Below are positions 1 to 9,260 of a DNA stretch of 64,000 bases, piece by piece. Source of the DNA: Gemmatimonadales bacterium (GTDB lineage Bacteria > Gemmatimonadota > Gemmatimonadetes > Gemmatimonadales > GWC2-71-9); NCBI GenBank assembly GCA_037189525.1, contig JBBCJC010000005.1:64001-128000 (forward strand). The letters run 5' to 3'. Numbering within the stretch: position 1 is the stretch's first letter; each line of letters starts with the position of its first letter. A program made the translations under genes and the position numbers. The notes beneath the pieces are model-generated. The model did no database searches, was not told where the DNA came from, and worked only from the letters and a program-made list of their open reading frames with translations.

Positions 1-655
<655 letters not shown>

Positions 656-958
656 TTAGCCGAGCTTGGCGAGAATGTCGGAGGCCTTGATGATGACGAC
701 CTCGTGCCCATCGAGCGTGATGTTGGTGCCGCTGTACTTGCCGTAGAGCACCTTGTCACCGACCTTGACCTCGACCGGAACCCGCTCGCCCTTTTCGAAC
801 CGCCCGGGCCCGACCGCCACGACCTCTCCCTGCGTCGGCTTTTCCTTGGCGGTGTCCGGGATGTACAACCCGCCCCGCATGGTTTCGCCTTCTTCGTCCG
901 GGCTCACGACCACTCGGTCCTCGAGGGGCGAGATCTTGAGCTTGCTCTTCGACGCCAT
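656..958 (-). CDS. groS: Co-chaperonin GroES
   Basis: PLEDRVVV...[13 protein letters not shown]...[12 protein letters not shown], typical Cpn10. Confidence 0.98.
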   Translation of the reverse strand: MASKSKLKISPLEDRVVVSPDEEGETMRGGLYIPDTAKEKPTQGEVVAVGPGRFEKGERVPVEVKVGDKVLYGKYSGTNITLDGHEVVIIKASDILAKLG

Positions 959-1009
959 CAGTTCCCCCAGCTTCGTTGACTGTTACGTAAGTTAAATCTT
1001 ACCAAATAG

Positions 1010-1036
1010 TTAGCACTCTAATGGCGAGAGTGCTAA
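1010..1036. promoter_or_regulatory. CIRCE element (HrcA operator), perfect consensus
   Basis: TTAGCACTC-taatggcga-GAGTGCTAA upstream of groES. Confidence 0.96.
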
Positions 1037-1047
1037 CGCAGGACATG

Positions 1048-1075
1048 AAGATAAGCCTGGCCGTCTGCCGGTCAA
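1048..1075 (-). promoter_or_regulatory. Putative sigma70-type promoter of groESL
   Basis: Minus strand TTGACC-N16-TATCTT, just upstream of CIRCE-1. Confidence 0.6.
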
Positions 1076-1088
1076 GCCAGACATGCGG

Positions 1089-1115
1089 TTGGCACTCGAG
1101 CAACCCGAGTGCCAA
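1089..1115. promoter_or_regulatory. Second CIRCE-like element containing a sigma54 -24/-12 promoter
   Basis: TTGGCACTC-gagcaaccc-GAGTGCCAA; minus strand reads TTGGCAC-TCGGG-TTGCT. Confidence 0.75.
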
Positions 1116-1202
1116 CCGATTCGGCCGAAATGGCAGAACAGGTCGAGGGGCGACAATAACCACTGCCGCCCCCGAGGATCGTCAGTCTGTCGAATGGGCA
1201 GG

Positions 1203-2096
1203 TTACCAATCGAAGCGCACTTCGATGCCGAGATACTCGGCGGCTTGGCCGTAGAACTGCCGCTGCGGCGTGGTCCCGTGGAGTCCGACCAGCGAGACCC
1301 CGAGCCGGCGACCTTCCCGATCGAGTTCGAAACCGGCGCGTCCCGTGGTGGTGACTTGCCAGTCGACGAACGCATGACTCTCCCACCAGACCCCGAGCAC
1401 CGGGCGCACGCGCGCGCCACCCCAGGCGCCCAGATCGCCGCGGTAGTCGAGGGCCGCGCCAGCGCCGCCCCCGGGCACGTCGGGACGGGTGGACAGCGCC
1501 TGCGATCCCGTCAGATGGATCGCAAATGGTCCCAGTTCACGCCGGATCCAGAGCGCGGCAAACTCACGCGTCCAGTCGAGCCGACGGACCGGAAATCGTT
1601 CCGCATACTCGTCACCCAGATGGCTGCTCTCATGGAGAAGTTCGGCAGTGACGCGCCACGGTCCCCGATGCCAGATCCCGTGAATGCCTCCCAGCCAATC
1701 GTGGCTGATCAGCGCGGTGCGCGGATCTTCGAGACTGAAACGCGCGCTGACTTGCGCCACCAGCCCGACCGTGAACGGTCGCCTGCCATTCCCGAACGCC
1801 AGCAAGGGGAATGACTTGCCGAGGGTAACCTCGACCTCCTTCTCCTCCCCGAACCGCGACTCCGCCGCGGTACTCCGCACCAGCCGACCGGCCAGGCTGA
1901 GTGGCCGCGTCGCAGCAAGCGGGTACTCGAAACGGTCCACCGACGGCAACCAGCGCACCTGTGCCTGGACCGTACCCGCAACGCCGATCGCGGCCAACGC
2001 GGCGAGAAGGCCCGCCCGGGCGACGATCGCGGTCCGGTTGAACCGGGCTGGCCGGTCTGGTAGTTTGCGACGTCGGAGATAGCACCAGCGTTCCAT
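1203..2096 (-). CDS. DUF1207-like outer-membrane beta-barrel protein
   Basis: Signal peptide (VQA-Q), HESSHLGDE motif, amphipathic strands, C-terminal aromatic residue (RFDW). Start uncertain. Confidence 0.65.
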   Translation of the reverse strand: MERWCYLRRRKLPDRPARFNRTAIVARAGLLAALAAIGVAGTVQAQVRWLPSVDRFEYPLAATRPLSLAGRLVRSTAAESRFGEEKEVEVTLGKSFPLLAFGNGRRPFTVGLVAQVSARFSLEDPRTALISHDWLGGIHGIWHRGPWRVTAELLHESSHLGDEYAERFPVRRLDWTREFAALWIRRELGPFAIHLTGSQALSTRPDVPGGGAGAALDYRGDLGAWGGARVRPVLGVWWESHAFVDWQVTTTGRAGFELDREGRRLGVSLVGLHGTTPQRQFYGQAAEYLGIEVRFDW

Positions 2097-2113
2097 TGGG
2101 AGATCAGTGGCTT

Positions 2114-3169
2114 ATGTGGTTTTCGGTTGTTGCGCTCAGCACAGCATTACTCGCGGTCGACGATCCGCGGGCGACGGTTCACGTCGATTCGTCACGACGC
2201 GAGGTCATCGTCACGGCCGGGCCGTTCGACGTTTCCGCCATGCCGCCGGGCATGACGCACGACGAAATGGAGATGATGGAGGATCATAATACCCCTCTGC
2301 TCCGCTTCGAGTGGCCCGTGGCAGGATGGGTTCGCGGTTTCGACGTCGAAGTTCTCGACGCCAGCGGCAAACTGATCGATCGTCGCATCATTCATCATCT
2401 GATCGGGGTCAATTTCGATCGGCGGCAGTTGTTGTATCCGGCCGTCGAGCGGCTCTTCGGTATCGGCCGCGAAACCGGAGCCATGATGGCGCCGCGTTCC
2501 ATCGGCATCCCCATGACACCCGGCACCAAGCTGGGCATGTACATGGCCTGGCAGAACGAGACCGGAGCCGACCTGTCAGGCATCCAGATTCGCGTCAAGC
2601 TGTCGTACAGCCCGACCAATCTGAATCCGCGCCCGATCGACGCCCTGCCGCTGTACATGGACGTCAACCTCACGGTTGGCGGCTCCAACACGTACGACGT
2701 GCCGGCCGGCACGAGCGAAAAGGCCTACGAGTTCACCATGCCGGTCGACGGACGTCTGCTCGGCTACAGCGGGCACATGCACGACTATGGCGTGGCGGTG
2801 CGTCTCGAAGATGTGGAGAGCGGCCGAGTCCTCGCGAAGACCGATGCCAAGCTCAACAAGGACGGCACCATCACCGGGATGTCCCGCAGCTTGCCGGGTG
2901 TCCGAGGCGATGGAATCCGGCTGCGAGCTGGTCGCAAGTATCGGGTCGTGGGTGTCTACAACAACCCGACCGGCCAGGCCATCGCCAACCATGGCATGGC
3001 GCATATCAGCGGCGTCTTTGCCCCGGATGATTTCAGCAAGTGGCCCACGCTCGACCTGACCGATCCGCTGACGCAGGAAGACATCGCCTCGCTGAACGAG
3101 ATGGGCCAGAACCATCACAAGCATCATCAGGCGGACAACGCTCCGGCTGCTCCGCACCGGCACCACTAG
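2114..3169 (+). CDS. Secreted protein resembling copper type II (PHM/DBH-like) monooxygenase
   Basis: N-terminal hydrophobic signal; IHHL, GHMH and HGMAH motifs in PHM-like order; Met/His-rich termini. Confidence 0.55.
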   Translation: MWFSVVALSTALLAVDDPRATVHVDSSRREVIVTAGPFDVSAMPPGMTHDEMEMMEDHNTPLLRFEWPVAGWVRGFDVEVLDASGKLIDRRIIHHLIGVNFDRRQLLYPAVERLFGIGRETGAMMAPRSIGIPMTPGTKLGMYMAWQNETGADLSGIQIRVKLSYSPTNLNPRPIDALPLYMDVNLTVGGSNTYDVPAGTSEKAYEFTMPVDGRLLGYSGHMHDYGVAVRLEDVESGRVLAKTDAKLNKDGTITGMSRSLPGVRGDGIRLRAGRKYRVVGVYNNPTGQAIANHGMAHISGVFAPDDFSKWPTLDLTDPLTQEDIASLNEMGQNHHKHHQADNAPAAPHRHH

Positions 3170-3188
3170 CCGCCGGTACGACAACGAC

Positions 3189-3230
3189 AACGGCTCGGGA
3201 ACCCGACAGGTTCCCGAGCCGTTTTGTTTG
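3189..3230 (+). terminator. Intrinsic terminator, probably bidirectional
   Basis: AACGGCTCGGGAACC-cgaca-GGTTCCCGAGCCGTT followed by TTGTTTG, between convergent genes. Confidence 0.85.
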
Positions 3231-3316
3231 TTGTCCGATCTGGTCGTACAGCACTGGCGGCAGTATATGGGTACTACGCCGGATTCGCGGCTGGCGAGTG
3301 GTCTTCCCGGCCCAGC

Positions 3317-4315
3317 TCAGTACAGACGGCGCGAATCGTTCCAGCGGGCAAACCACCATCGGCCGGCCGGATCATCCGCGGCCAGCCGGCTGATCTGGGT
3401 TCCGCCCGTGGCGCTGTGGATGAACCGACCGTCGCCCACGTAGAGACCGACGTGGGTTACCGGCCCTCCGGGTTCGCGTCCGAACACCAGAATATCTCCC
3501 GGCGCCAGACGAGCCACATCGGTGCCCACCGACCGACCGGCTCCGGCCTGCTCGACGCTTCGGCGCGGCAGCTGCAATCCGGCATTGCCGTAAGCATACT
3601 GAATCAATCCGGAGCAATCGAAGCCGTTGGTATCCGACCCGCCCCAGCGATATGGAGTACCCCGAACAGCCAGCGCAGTCTCGACAGCGTTTGCTGCAAC
3701 CCGCGCAGGACCCGAAACAGTTGCCAGCGACGGCGGAGTCCAGGGCGCCTCGGCCGGCCGCGGCGCCGGCGTACCTGGGCGCGGCGCTGGAGTCGCAGCA
3801 TTCGTCGGACCGGGACGAGTAGCGGTCGCGTTCCCAGCTCGGCGCTGTCCAAGCGGGGCGCCCAGACGAAGCCCCAGCGACACACCTTCGACTCGCCCGC
3901 GGGTGAATTCCTGATAGCGGACTTCAGCACCCAAGCCGACCGGACCGAGCCGTACCAGCTCCGCCCCGGCCCCTGCGGACCAACCGACCCAGCCGGCCAG
4001 GCCCAGCCGGCGCCGCAGATCGAACGGTCCGGCGCTGACACTGCCGACCAGGTACGGCTGCGCCGACGCGGAGAGCGGCACGATCAGGTCGGCGCCGACA
4101 CCAGCCAGCATCGGCCCTTCGCCGCGCGGTCCCTGCGTCGCCACCGTTCCGAAGGGCCGGATCTGCGCCGGGCCAGCGCGGTAGGACCAGATGGAGAGCC
4201 GATACTCGTTGACGCGCGGCGTCCCGAAACCGTGGGCAGCAACCGCGCTGATCGACTGGGCCGCGGTACTGCCGCCGATCGCCGTCAGGAGCAGACCCAT
4301 CGCCGCGGCGCGCAC
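3317..4315 (-). CDS. NlpC/P60 (C40) peptidase with N-terminal OMP-barrel-like domain
   Basis: GTPYRWGG...FDCSG...HVGLYVG...FIHS catalytic motifs; Pro/Thr linker; N-terminal beta-strand domain after a signal peptide. Confidence 0.85.
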   Translation of the reverse strand: MRAAAMGLLLTAIGGSTAAQSISAVAAHGFGTPRVNEYRLSIWSYRAGPAQIRPFGTVATQGPRGEGPMLAGVGADLIVPLSASAQPYLVGSVSAGPFDLRRRLGLAGWVGWSAGAGAELVRLGPVGLGAEVRYQEFTRGRVEGVSLGLRLGAPLGQRRAGNATATRPGPTNAATPAPRPGTPAPRPAEAPWTPPSLATVSGPARVAANAVETALAVRGTPYRWGGSDTNGFDCSGLIQYAYGNAGLQLPRRSVEQAGAGRSVGTDVARLAPGDILVFGREPGGPVTHVGLYVGDGRFIHSATGGTQISRLAADDPAGRWWFARWNDSRRLY

Positions 4316-4714
4316 CTAGCGATCCTCCAGCTTGTACGGCCGTCCGGTGGCCAGTTCGACCCGATAGATCGCCATGACTCGGCAGTGGCGACTCAGTTCG
4401 GCACGGAGGTTGGCACGATCCAGCACGGTGGGCGCCGTCATCACGAAGAGCAGCGGGACTTTCACGGTCGACGTATCGGTCCGGATCTCAACGCTTCGTT
4501 CGAAGCACGCCGTTCCCGCGCTGTCCTGGGCCGGTCGGCCTTCCGCAAGCCAGACGGCATGACCGGACGGCAGCGTCAGAACGAGCGAATCGGCCGGAGC
4601 GGTCTCCTGGGACAGAGCGGTCGTATCGGCTTGCGGGGGCGCCTCCGCCGAGGGCCGGCAGGCCATCGCCAGCAATGCGCAGCAAGCAATCGACCACACA
4701 GGCACCCTTCTCAT
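4316..4714 (-). CDS. Hypothetical lipoprotein
   Basis: MRRVPVWSIACCALLAMAC lipobox-like start; overlaps the upstream stop. Confidence 0.65.
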   Translation of the reverse strand: MRRVPVWSIACCALLAMACRPSAEAPPQADTTALSQETAPADSLVLTLPSGHAVWLAEGRPAQDSAGTACFERSVEIRTDTSTVKVPLLFVMTAPTVLDRANLRAELSRHCRVMAIYRVELATGRPYKLEDR

Positions 4715-5001
4715 CGCGGCTGCTCCTCCTCGTCCTCCAACGCCACCAGCGGCGTTGCATCGGGCGCCACCTGGAGCGAGTCCTGCAGCCGGGGCGACTT
4801 CCGCAGCAGACGGAGCCAGAGGACCAGCGCAAGCGCCGCGGTCGCCCCACCGGCCACCACGGTGGCAATCAGGTGATGTCTGGAGGACATCGAACTGCCC
4901 AATCGTGACGCGACCCCTGCCCCCAAAAACGAAGCTGCCCACGCCACTACCGGCGTGAGCAGCCATCCGAACAGACGGGCCAGGAATCGGACGAAGGTCA
5001 T
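4711..5001 (-). CDS. Small two-TM membrane protein
   Basis: MTFVRFLARLFGWLLTP..., two hydrophobic segments, acidic tail, tightly packed in the gene run. Confidence 0.65.
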   Translation of the reverse strand: MTFVRFLARLFGWLLTPVVAWAASFLGAGVASRLGSSMSSRHHLIATVVAGGATAALALVLWLRLLRKSPRLQDSLQVAPDATPLVALEDEEEQPR

Positions 5002-5002
5002 T

Positions 5003-5632
5003 TCACCCGCGTCGAGTCCCCAGGGCGGTAATGGCCACGAGCAGGGCGAGTGCCGGCAACACGGCCACCCCAAAGGTTCCGAGACCATACGCAGCGCCAG
5101 GGAAACCGACCAGCACGCCAACCACCATGACGACCGCGGCAAGCACCAGCGTTCCGACGATCAGGGCGACCGGATTCGTGGTGCCGCTCTTGGCTGCCTG
5201 ATTGGCGAGCACCCAGGCGCCGAGCCACGGCAGGTAAGTCCCCACCATCCACCAGACCGGGTGATACCACCAGTTGCTGCCGCCGCCGATTGCCAGCCAG
5301 CGATTGGTGTAGAACCCGAACGGCTGGAACACGATCAGGTCGATCACCAGAAAGACCACCGTAGCCCAGAGCCCGATGCCGGCCGCACCCGAGATCCCTT
5401 CGATGGTCCGCGCCTTGGTCCACAACCCCGGCAACGTGATGGTGATCGCAACGCCGAGCGCCAGGATCGCGCCGAGAACGACGAGCTCGACCACACCGTC
5501 GAGCCGCGGCTGCAAGAGGGCAAAGACGCCGATCAGAACCGACTGAATGACACCAAGTTGGGTGCCGGACCGGAGGACATGCCGAAGCTCGGTATGATCG
5601 GCATCACGGGTTGCCTGAACGGCAGAAGTCAT
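5003..5632 (-). CDS. Hypothetical multi-pass membrane protein
   Basis: 209 aa, ~6 hydrophobic segments, GGGSNWWYHPVWW motif. Confidence 0.75.
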   Translation of the reverse strand: MTSAVQATRDADHTELRHVLRSGTQLGVIQSVLIGVFALLQPRLDGVVELVVLGAILALGVAITITLPGLWTKARTIEGISGAAGIGLWATVVFLVIDLIVFQPFGFYTNRWLAIGGGSNWWYHPVWWMVGTYLPWLGAWVLANQAAKSGTTNPVALIVGTLVLAAVVMVVGVLVGFPGAAYGLGTFGVAVLPALALLVAITALGTRRG

Positions 5633-5673
5633 CGGGGCTCCAACAGATCAAAATTGAGGGAACGTCATGTAAT

Positions 5674-6402
5674 CTAACGGCTTCCGCTGCCCCGAGCCAA
5701 GGCCGCGAGCGTCACCGAGCCGAGCACCGCCGTTCGGACACCGGTCGGTTCCTCGACGATCAGGCGGGCATCGGCGGTGACCCCCATGGCCCGCCCCGCC
5801 ACCGGCTCGACGAGCGCCCGTCCCCTCAACCAATCCCGACTCGAAAACTCCGCCAATTCGGCCTCGGTCAAAGGCCCGGCCCGGCGCCCCGCATCCACGA
5901 CCGCGGCAACGACCGGATCGATCAGGTCGCCCGCCTCGATCCGGCTGCCCAATTCCGAGAGCGCAACGGCGGCGGTTCTGAGTCCCTCCGGAACCGGATT
6001 GGTCACGTTGATCCCGATGCCGACCGCTACCCAGCCCGGGGCGTCACCCAACCAGCGCGCCTCGCAGAGGATACCGCCCAGTTTGCGATCATCGGCGACG
6101 AGGTCGTTAGGCCACTTGATCCCGATCGGGACCGATGGAGCGGCAACCCGTTCCAGGCAGTGCGCCACCTCGAGACCGACCCGGAGGCTCAGTCCCTCGA
6201 CGGCGTTGGCCGCCGGCGGGCGAAGGATGACGGTGAGCCAGAGGCCGCCGCGCGCCGAACGCCATTCCCGGCCTCGGGTACCCCGCCCCGCCTGCTGCTC
6301 GGCGGCCACGACGGCCGTGCCCGCCTCCGCTCCCTCCAGGGCGAGCTGATGCGCCAGGTCCTGGGTGGATTCGAGGATGTCGAAGCGATGGACGGTGGCC
6401 AT
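5674..6402 (-). CDS. birA: Biotin--[acetyl-CoA carboxylase] ligase (no HTH)
   Basis: STQ, QQAGRGTRGREW, KWPND, KLGGIL motifs. Confidence 0.92.
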   Translation of the reverse strand: MATVHRFDILESTQDLAHQLALEGAEAGTAVVAAEQQAGRGTRGREWRSARGGLWLTVILRPPAANAVEGLSLRVGLEVAHCLERVAAPSVPIGIKWPNDLVADDRKLGGILCEARWLGDAPGWVAVGIGINVTNPVPEGLRTAAVALSELGSRIEAGDLIDPVVAAVVDAGRRAGPLTEAELAEFSSRDWLRGRALVEPVAGRAMGVTADARLIVEEPTGVRTAVLGSVTLAALARGSGSR

Positions 6403-6406
6403 GCGC

Positions 6407-7207
6407 CTAACGTCCGAGCAGGCCGAACCAGACCAGGCAGAAGATCCCGATCGCTGCGCAGTACGGCGCAAAGGAATGGAACCGGCTGCTCTTGAGCAGA
6501 GCGACCAGGAAGCGAATCGCCACGACGCCGGCAACCAGCGCGCTCAGGAAGGCGAGCACCATACCCGGCGAGAATGGATCGAACCCGGGCGGCACATCCC
6601 GCAACTGCAGCACGCCACTGCCGGCGATGACGACGATCGACATCAGGAACGAGAACTCGGCGGCGACCACCGGTTTGACACCGGTCCACAGTGCGACGGC
6701 AATGGTGGTTCCGGAGCGCGAGATCCCGGGAATGATGGCAATGGCCTGCCCGATTCCGATCAGCAACGCCCGCCACGGCGTGATCGGCGCCGACTCGACC
6801 GGGGCGCGCTCGATGGCGTACTTGGTACTCCACAGCAGTCCGGCCGTGATCAGGAACTGCCAGCCAAGCAGCACCGGGGAGTGAAAGGTGCGCTCAAAAA
6901 AATCTTTGAAGACGATGCCGACCACGCCCGCCGGTACCGACGCCAGGAGGATCAACCCCGCGAACCGGAGCGACTGGCGATCGCCGGAGAATATCCCGCG
7001 AAGTAACGCCGCGATCCGAGCGCGATAGGCAATGAACACGGACAGCAGCGTCGCGACGTGGACCACGACTTCGAAGAAGAGTCCTTGCGGCTTGAACCCG
7101 ACGACCCGCTCCGCGAGGACGAGATGACCGGAACTCGAGATCGGCAGAAATTCCGTGAACCCCTGCACCAGGCCAAGAATGAGCCCCTGCCACCACTCCA
7201 ACGTCAT
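6407..7207 (-). CDS. uppP: Undecaprenyl-diphosphate phosphatase
   Basis: QGFTEFLPISSSGH and PGISRSG motifs. Confidence 0.95.
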   Translation of the reverse strand: MTLEWWQGLILGLVQGFTEFLPISSSGHLVLAERVVGFKPQGLFFEVVVHVATLLSVFIAYRARIAALLRGIFSGDRQSLRFAGLILLASVPAGVVGIVFKDFFERTFHSPVLLGWQFLITAGLLWSTKYAIERAPVESAPITPWRALLIGIGQAIAIIPGISRSGTTIAVALWTGVKPVVAAEFSFLMSIVVIAGSGVLQLRDVPPGFDPFSPGMVLAFLSALVAGVVAIRFLVALLKSSRFHSFAPYCAAIGIFCLVWFGLLGR

Positions 7208-8325
7208 GACAATGCCTCGGCGTAAAGTGCTTCGTACTGCGGAACGACGATGTCGGCGGAGAACATGCGGGCCCGTTCGAGCGCCGCGGTGCGCATGGCC
7301 TGAAACGCTTGCGGGTCGCGCAACAGTTCGATGGCGCGCCGCGCCATGGCTTCGACCGAACCGGGCGGTTCGAGAATGCCCGATACCCCGTCCTCGACCA
7401 CCTCGGGAATACCTCCGGTACGCGAGCCGACGACCGGCAGCCCCGAGGCCAGCGCTTCGAGCGCCGCGAGCCCGAACGACTCAGTCTGCGAGGGCAACAG
7501 GAACAGATCGCTGACGCCGAGCAGACGCCCCACATCGCCCAGCCGGCCGAGAAACTGGACATCGTCATCGACCTTGGCGTCGATGGCCTCTCGCTCCGCA
7601 TCCGCGCGATCCGGCCCGTCGCCGATCATCACCAGCGTCGCCGGCATGGCGCGGCGGATCCGGGCAAAGACCCGAACCACGTCACGGACCCGTTTCACCT
7701 CGCGGAAGTTCGACACGTGCACGATGACGCGATGCCCGGCCGGCGCCAGACTCTGGCGGCAATCGTCGGGCGCGGGGGTGTATTCCGCCAGATCGACGAA
7801 GTTGGGAATCACCCGGATATCGCAGCCGGTGCAGCCGAAGGTGCGCGCCGTTTCTTCCTTGAGGAACTGCGAGACGGCGGTGACCCGATCCGAGCGCTCG
7901 ATCGAAAACTTGGTGATCGCGTAAAAGCTGCTTTCCTGCCCGACCAGCGTGATATCCGTCCCGTGGAGCGTGGTGATCACAGGCAACCGACGGCGGCCGA
8001 CCAGCATCTCACGCGCAAGGTACGCAGCGGTCGCGTGCGGAATCGCGTAGTGGACGTGCAGCACATCCAGTTCTTCCCGCAGTGCAACCTCATATTGTTT
8101 GCTGGCGAGGGCCAACGAATAGGGATAATACTCGAACAGCGGGTACTGCTCCGTGGTGTCGACTTCGTGGAAGTAGACCCCCTGCGCATATTCGCGCAGC
8201 CGGAACGGCATCGCGTAGGTAATGAAATGCACTTCGTGACCGCGGCGGGCCAGCGCGAGTCCCAGTTCGGTCGCCAGCGCACCGGAGCCACCGTAGGTCG
8301 GATAGCAGGTGATCCCGATTTTCAT
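7204..8325 (-). CDS. bshA: N-acetyl-alpha-D-glucosaminyl L-malate synthase (bacillithiol synthesis)
   Basis: MKIGITCYPTYGGSG, HVHYAIPHA, TTLHGTDITLVG, SNFREVKR, ESFGLAALEA. Confidence 0.93.
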   Translation of the reverse strand: MKIGITCYPTYGGSGALATELGLALARRGHEVHFITYAMPFRLREYAQGVYFHEVDTTEQYPLFEYYPYSLALASKQYEVALREELDVLHVHYAIPHATAAYLAREMLVGRRRLPVITTLHGTDITLVGQESSFYAITKFSIERSDRVTAVSQFLKEETARTFGCTGCDIRVIPNFVDLAEYTPAPDDCRQSLAPAGHRVIVHVSNFREVKRVRDVVRVFARIRRAMPATLVMIGDGPDRADAEREAIDAKVDDDVQFLGRLGDVGRLLGVSDLFLLPSQTESFGLAALEALASGLPVVGSRTGGIPEVVEDGVSGILEPPGSVEAMARRAIELLRDPQAFQAMRTAALERARMFSADIVVPQYEALYAEALS

Positions 8326-9260
8326 GCGGTGGCACTCCTTTCATTGGCACTGGCCCACGCCGCCGCGATCTCGCGCGCGAGTTCGTCGGGCGGACGCGTC
8401 GCATCCAGCGCGAGAACCGGGCCAGCGAGCTGGTGACGGAACCAGGTTTCCTGTCGTTTGGCGTACTGCCGAGTCCCGGTCGCAATCGCCTCGACGACGC
8501 TCTCGCGCGGCCGCATCCCGGTCAAGTACTCGACCGCCTCGCGAATCCCCACGCCATCGAGCCCCGGCGACCCCGGCAGCGCGCCATCGGCCATGGCGGC
8601 CGCCGCTTCCTCGATGACACCTCGGCGCACCATCTCCTCCGCGCGGACCAGGATACGGCGGTGCAGCACCGGGCGCGGCACTGTGAGGACGACGTACCAA
8701 GGCGCGACGCTTCCCGCGGTTCGCGCGGCGGCCTGCCAGTAGCTGAGCGGATACCCGGATAGCACCGCGACTTCGATGGCGCGCATGGCCCGTTGTCGCC
8801 CGCCACCTTTGAAGCCCGGATCGAGCCGCGATGCCCAGCGCACCAGCGAGGTCGGGCCAAAGGTGCCCACGATCGCTTCGAGCGATCGGCGCCGATCGGG
8901 ATCGAGCGGCGGCTCGCGGAACAGACCATCGACCAGGGTCCGGATGTAAAACCCGGTCCCTCCGACGATGACCGGGAGGCGGCCGCGGGCGCGAATCTCC
9001 TCGATCCAGCGCTCCGCATCGCGGGCAAACCGACCCGCGCTGTACCGTTCGCCCGGATCGATCACATCGATGCCGTGGTGCCGAACCCGCTTCTGTTCGC
9101 GCCGGGTGGCTTTGGCCGTGCCGATATCGAGGCGCCGATAGACCTGCCGCGAGTCGGCCGACACGACTTCCATGTCCCAATGCTCGGCCAGCGCCACGGC
9201 CACCGCCGTCTTGCCGACCGCGGTCGGACCGACGATGACCGGAACCCTATCTCCGGCCAA
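8322..9260 (-). CDS. miaA: tRNA dimethylallyltransferase
   Basis: GPTAVGKT, SADSRQVY, IGTAK, VGGTGFY, YAKRQ.TW. Confidence 0.96.
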   Translation of the reverse strand: MAGDRVPVIVGPTAVGKTAVAVALAEHWDMEVVSADSRQVYRRLDIGTAKATRREQKRVRHHGIDVIDPGERYSAGRFARDAERWIEEIRARGRLPVIVGGTGFYIRTLVDGLFREPPLDPDRRRSLEAIVGTFGPTSLVRWASRLDPGFKGGGRQRAMRAIEVAVLSGYPLSYWQAAARTAGSVAPWYVVLTVPRPVLHRRILVRAEEMVRRGVIEEAAAAMADGALPGSPGLDGVGIREAVEYLTGMRPRESVVEAIATGTRQYAKRQETWFRHQLAGPVLALDATRPPDELAREIAAAWASANERSATA

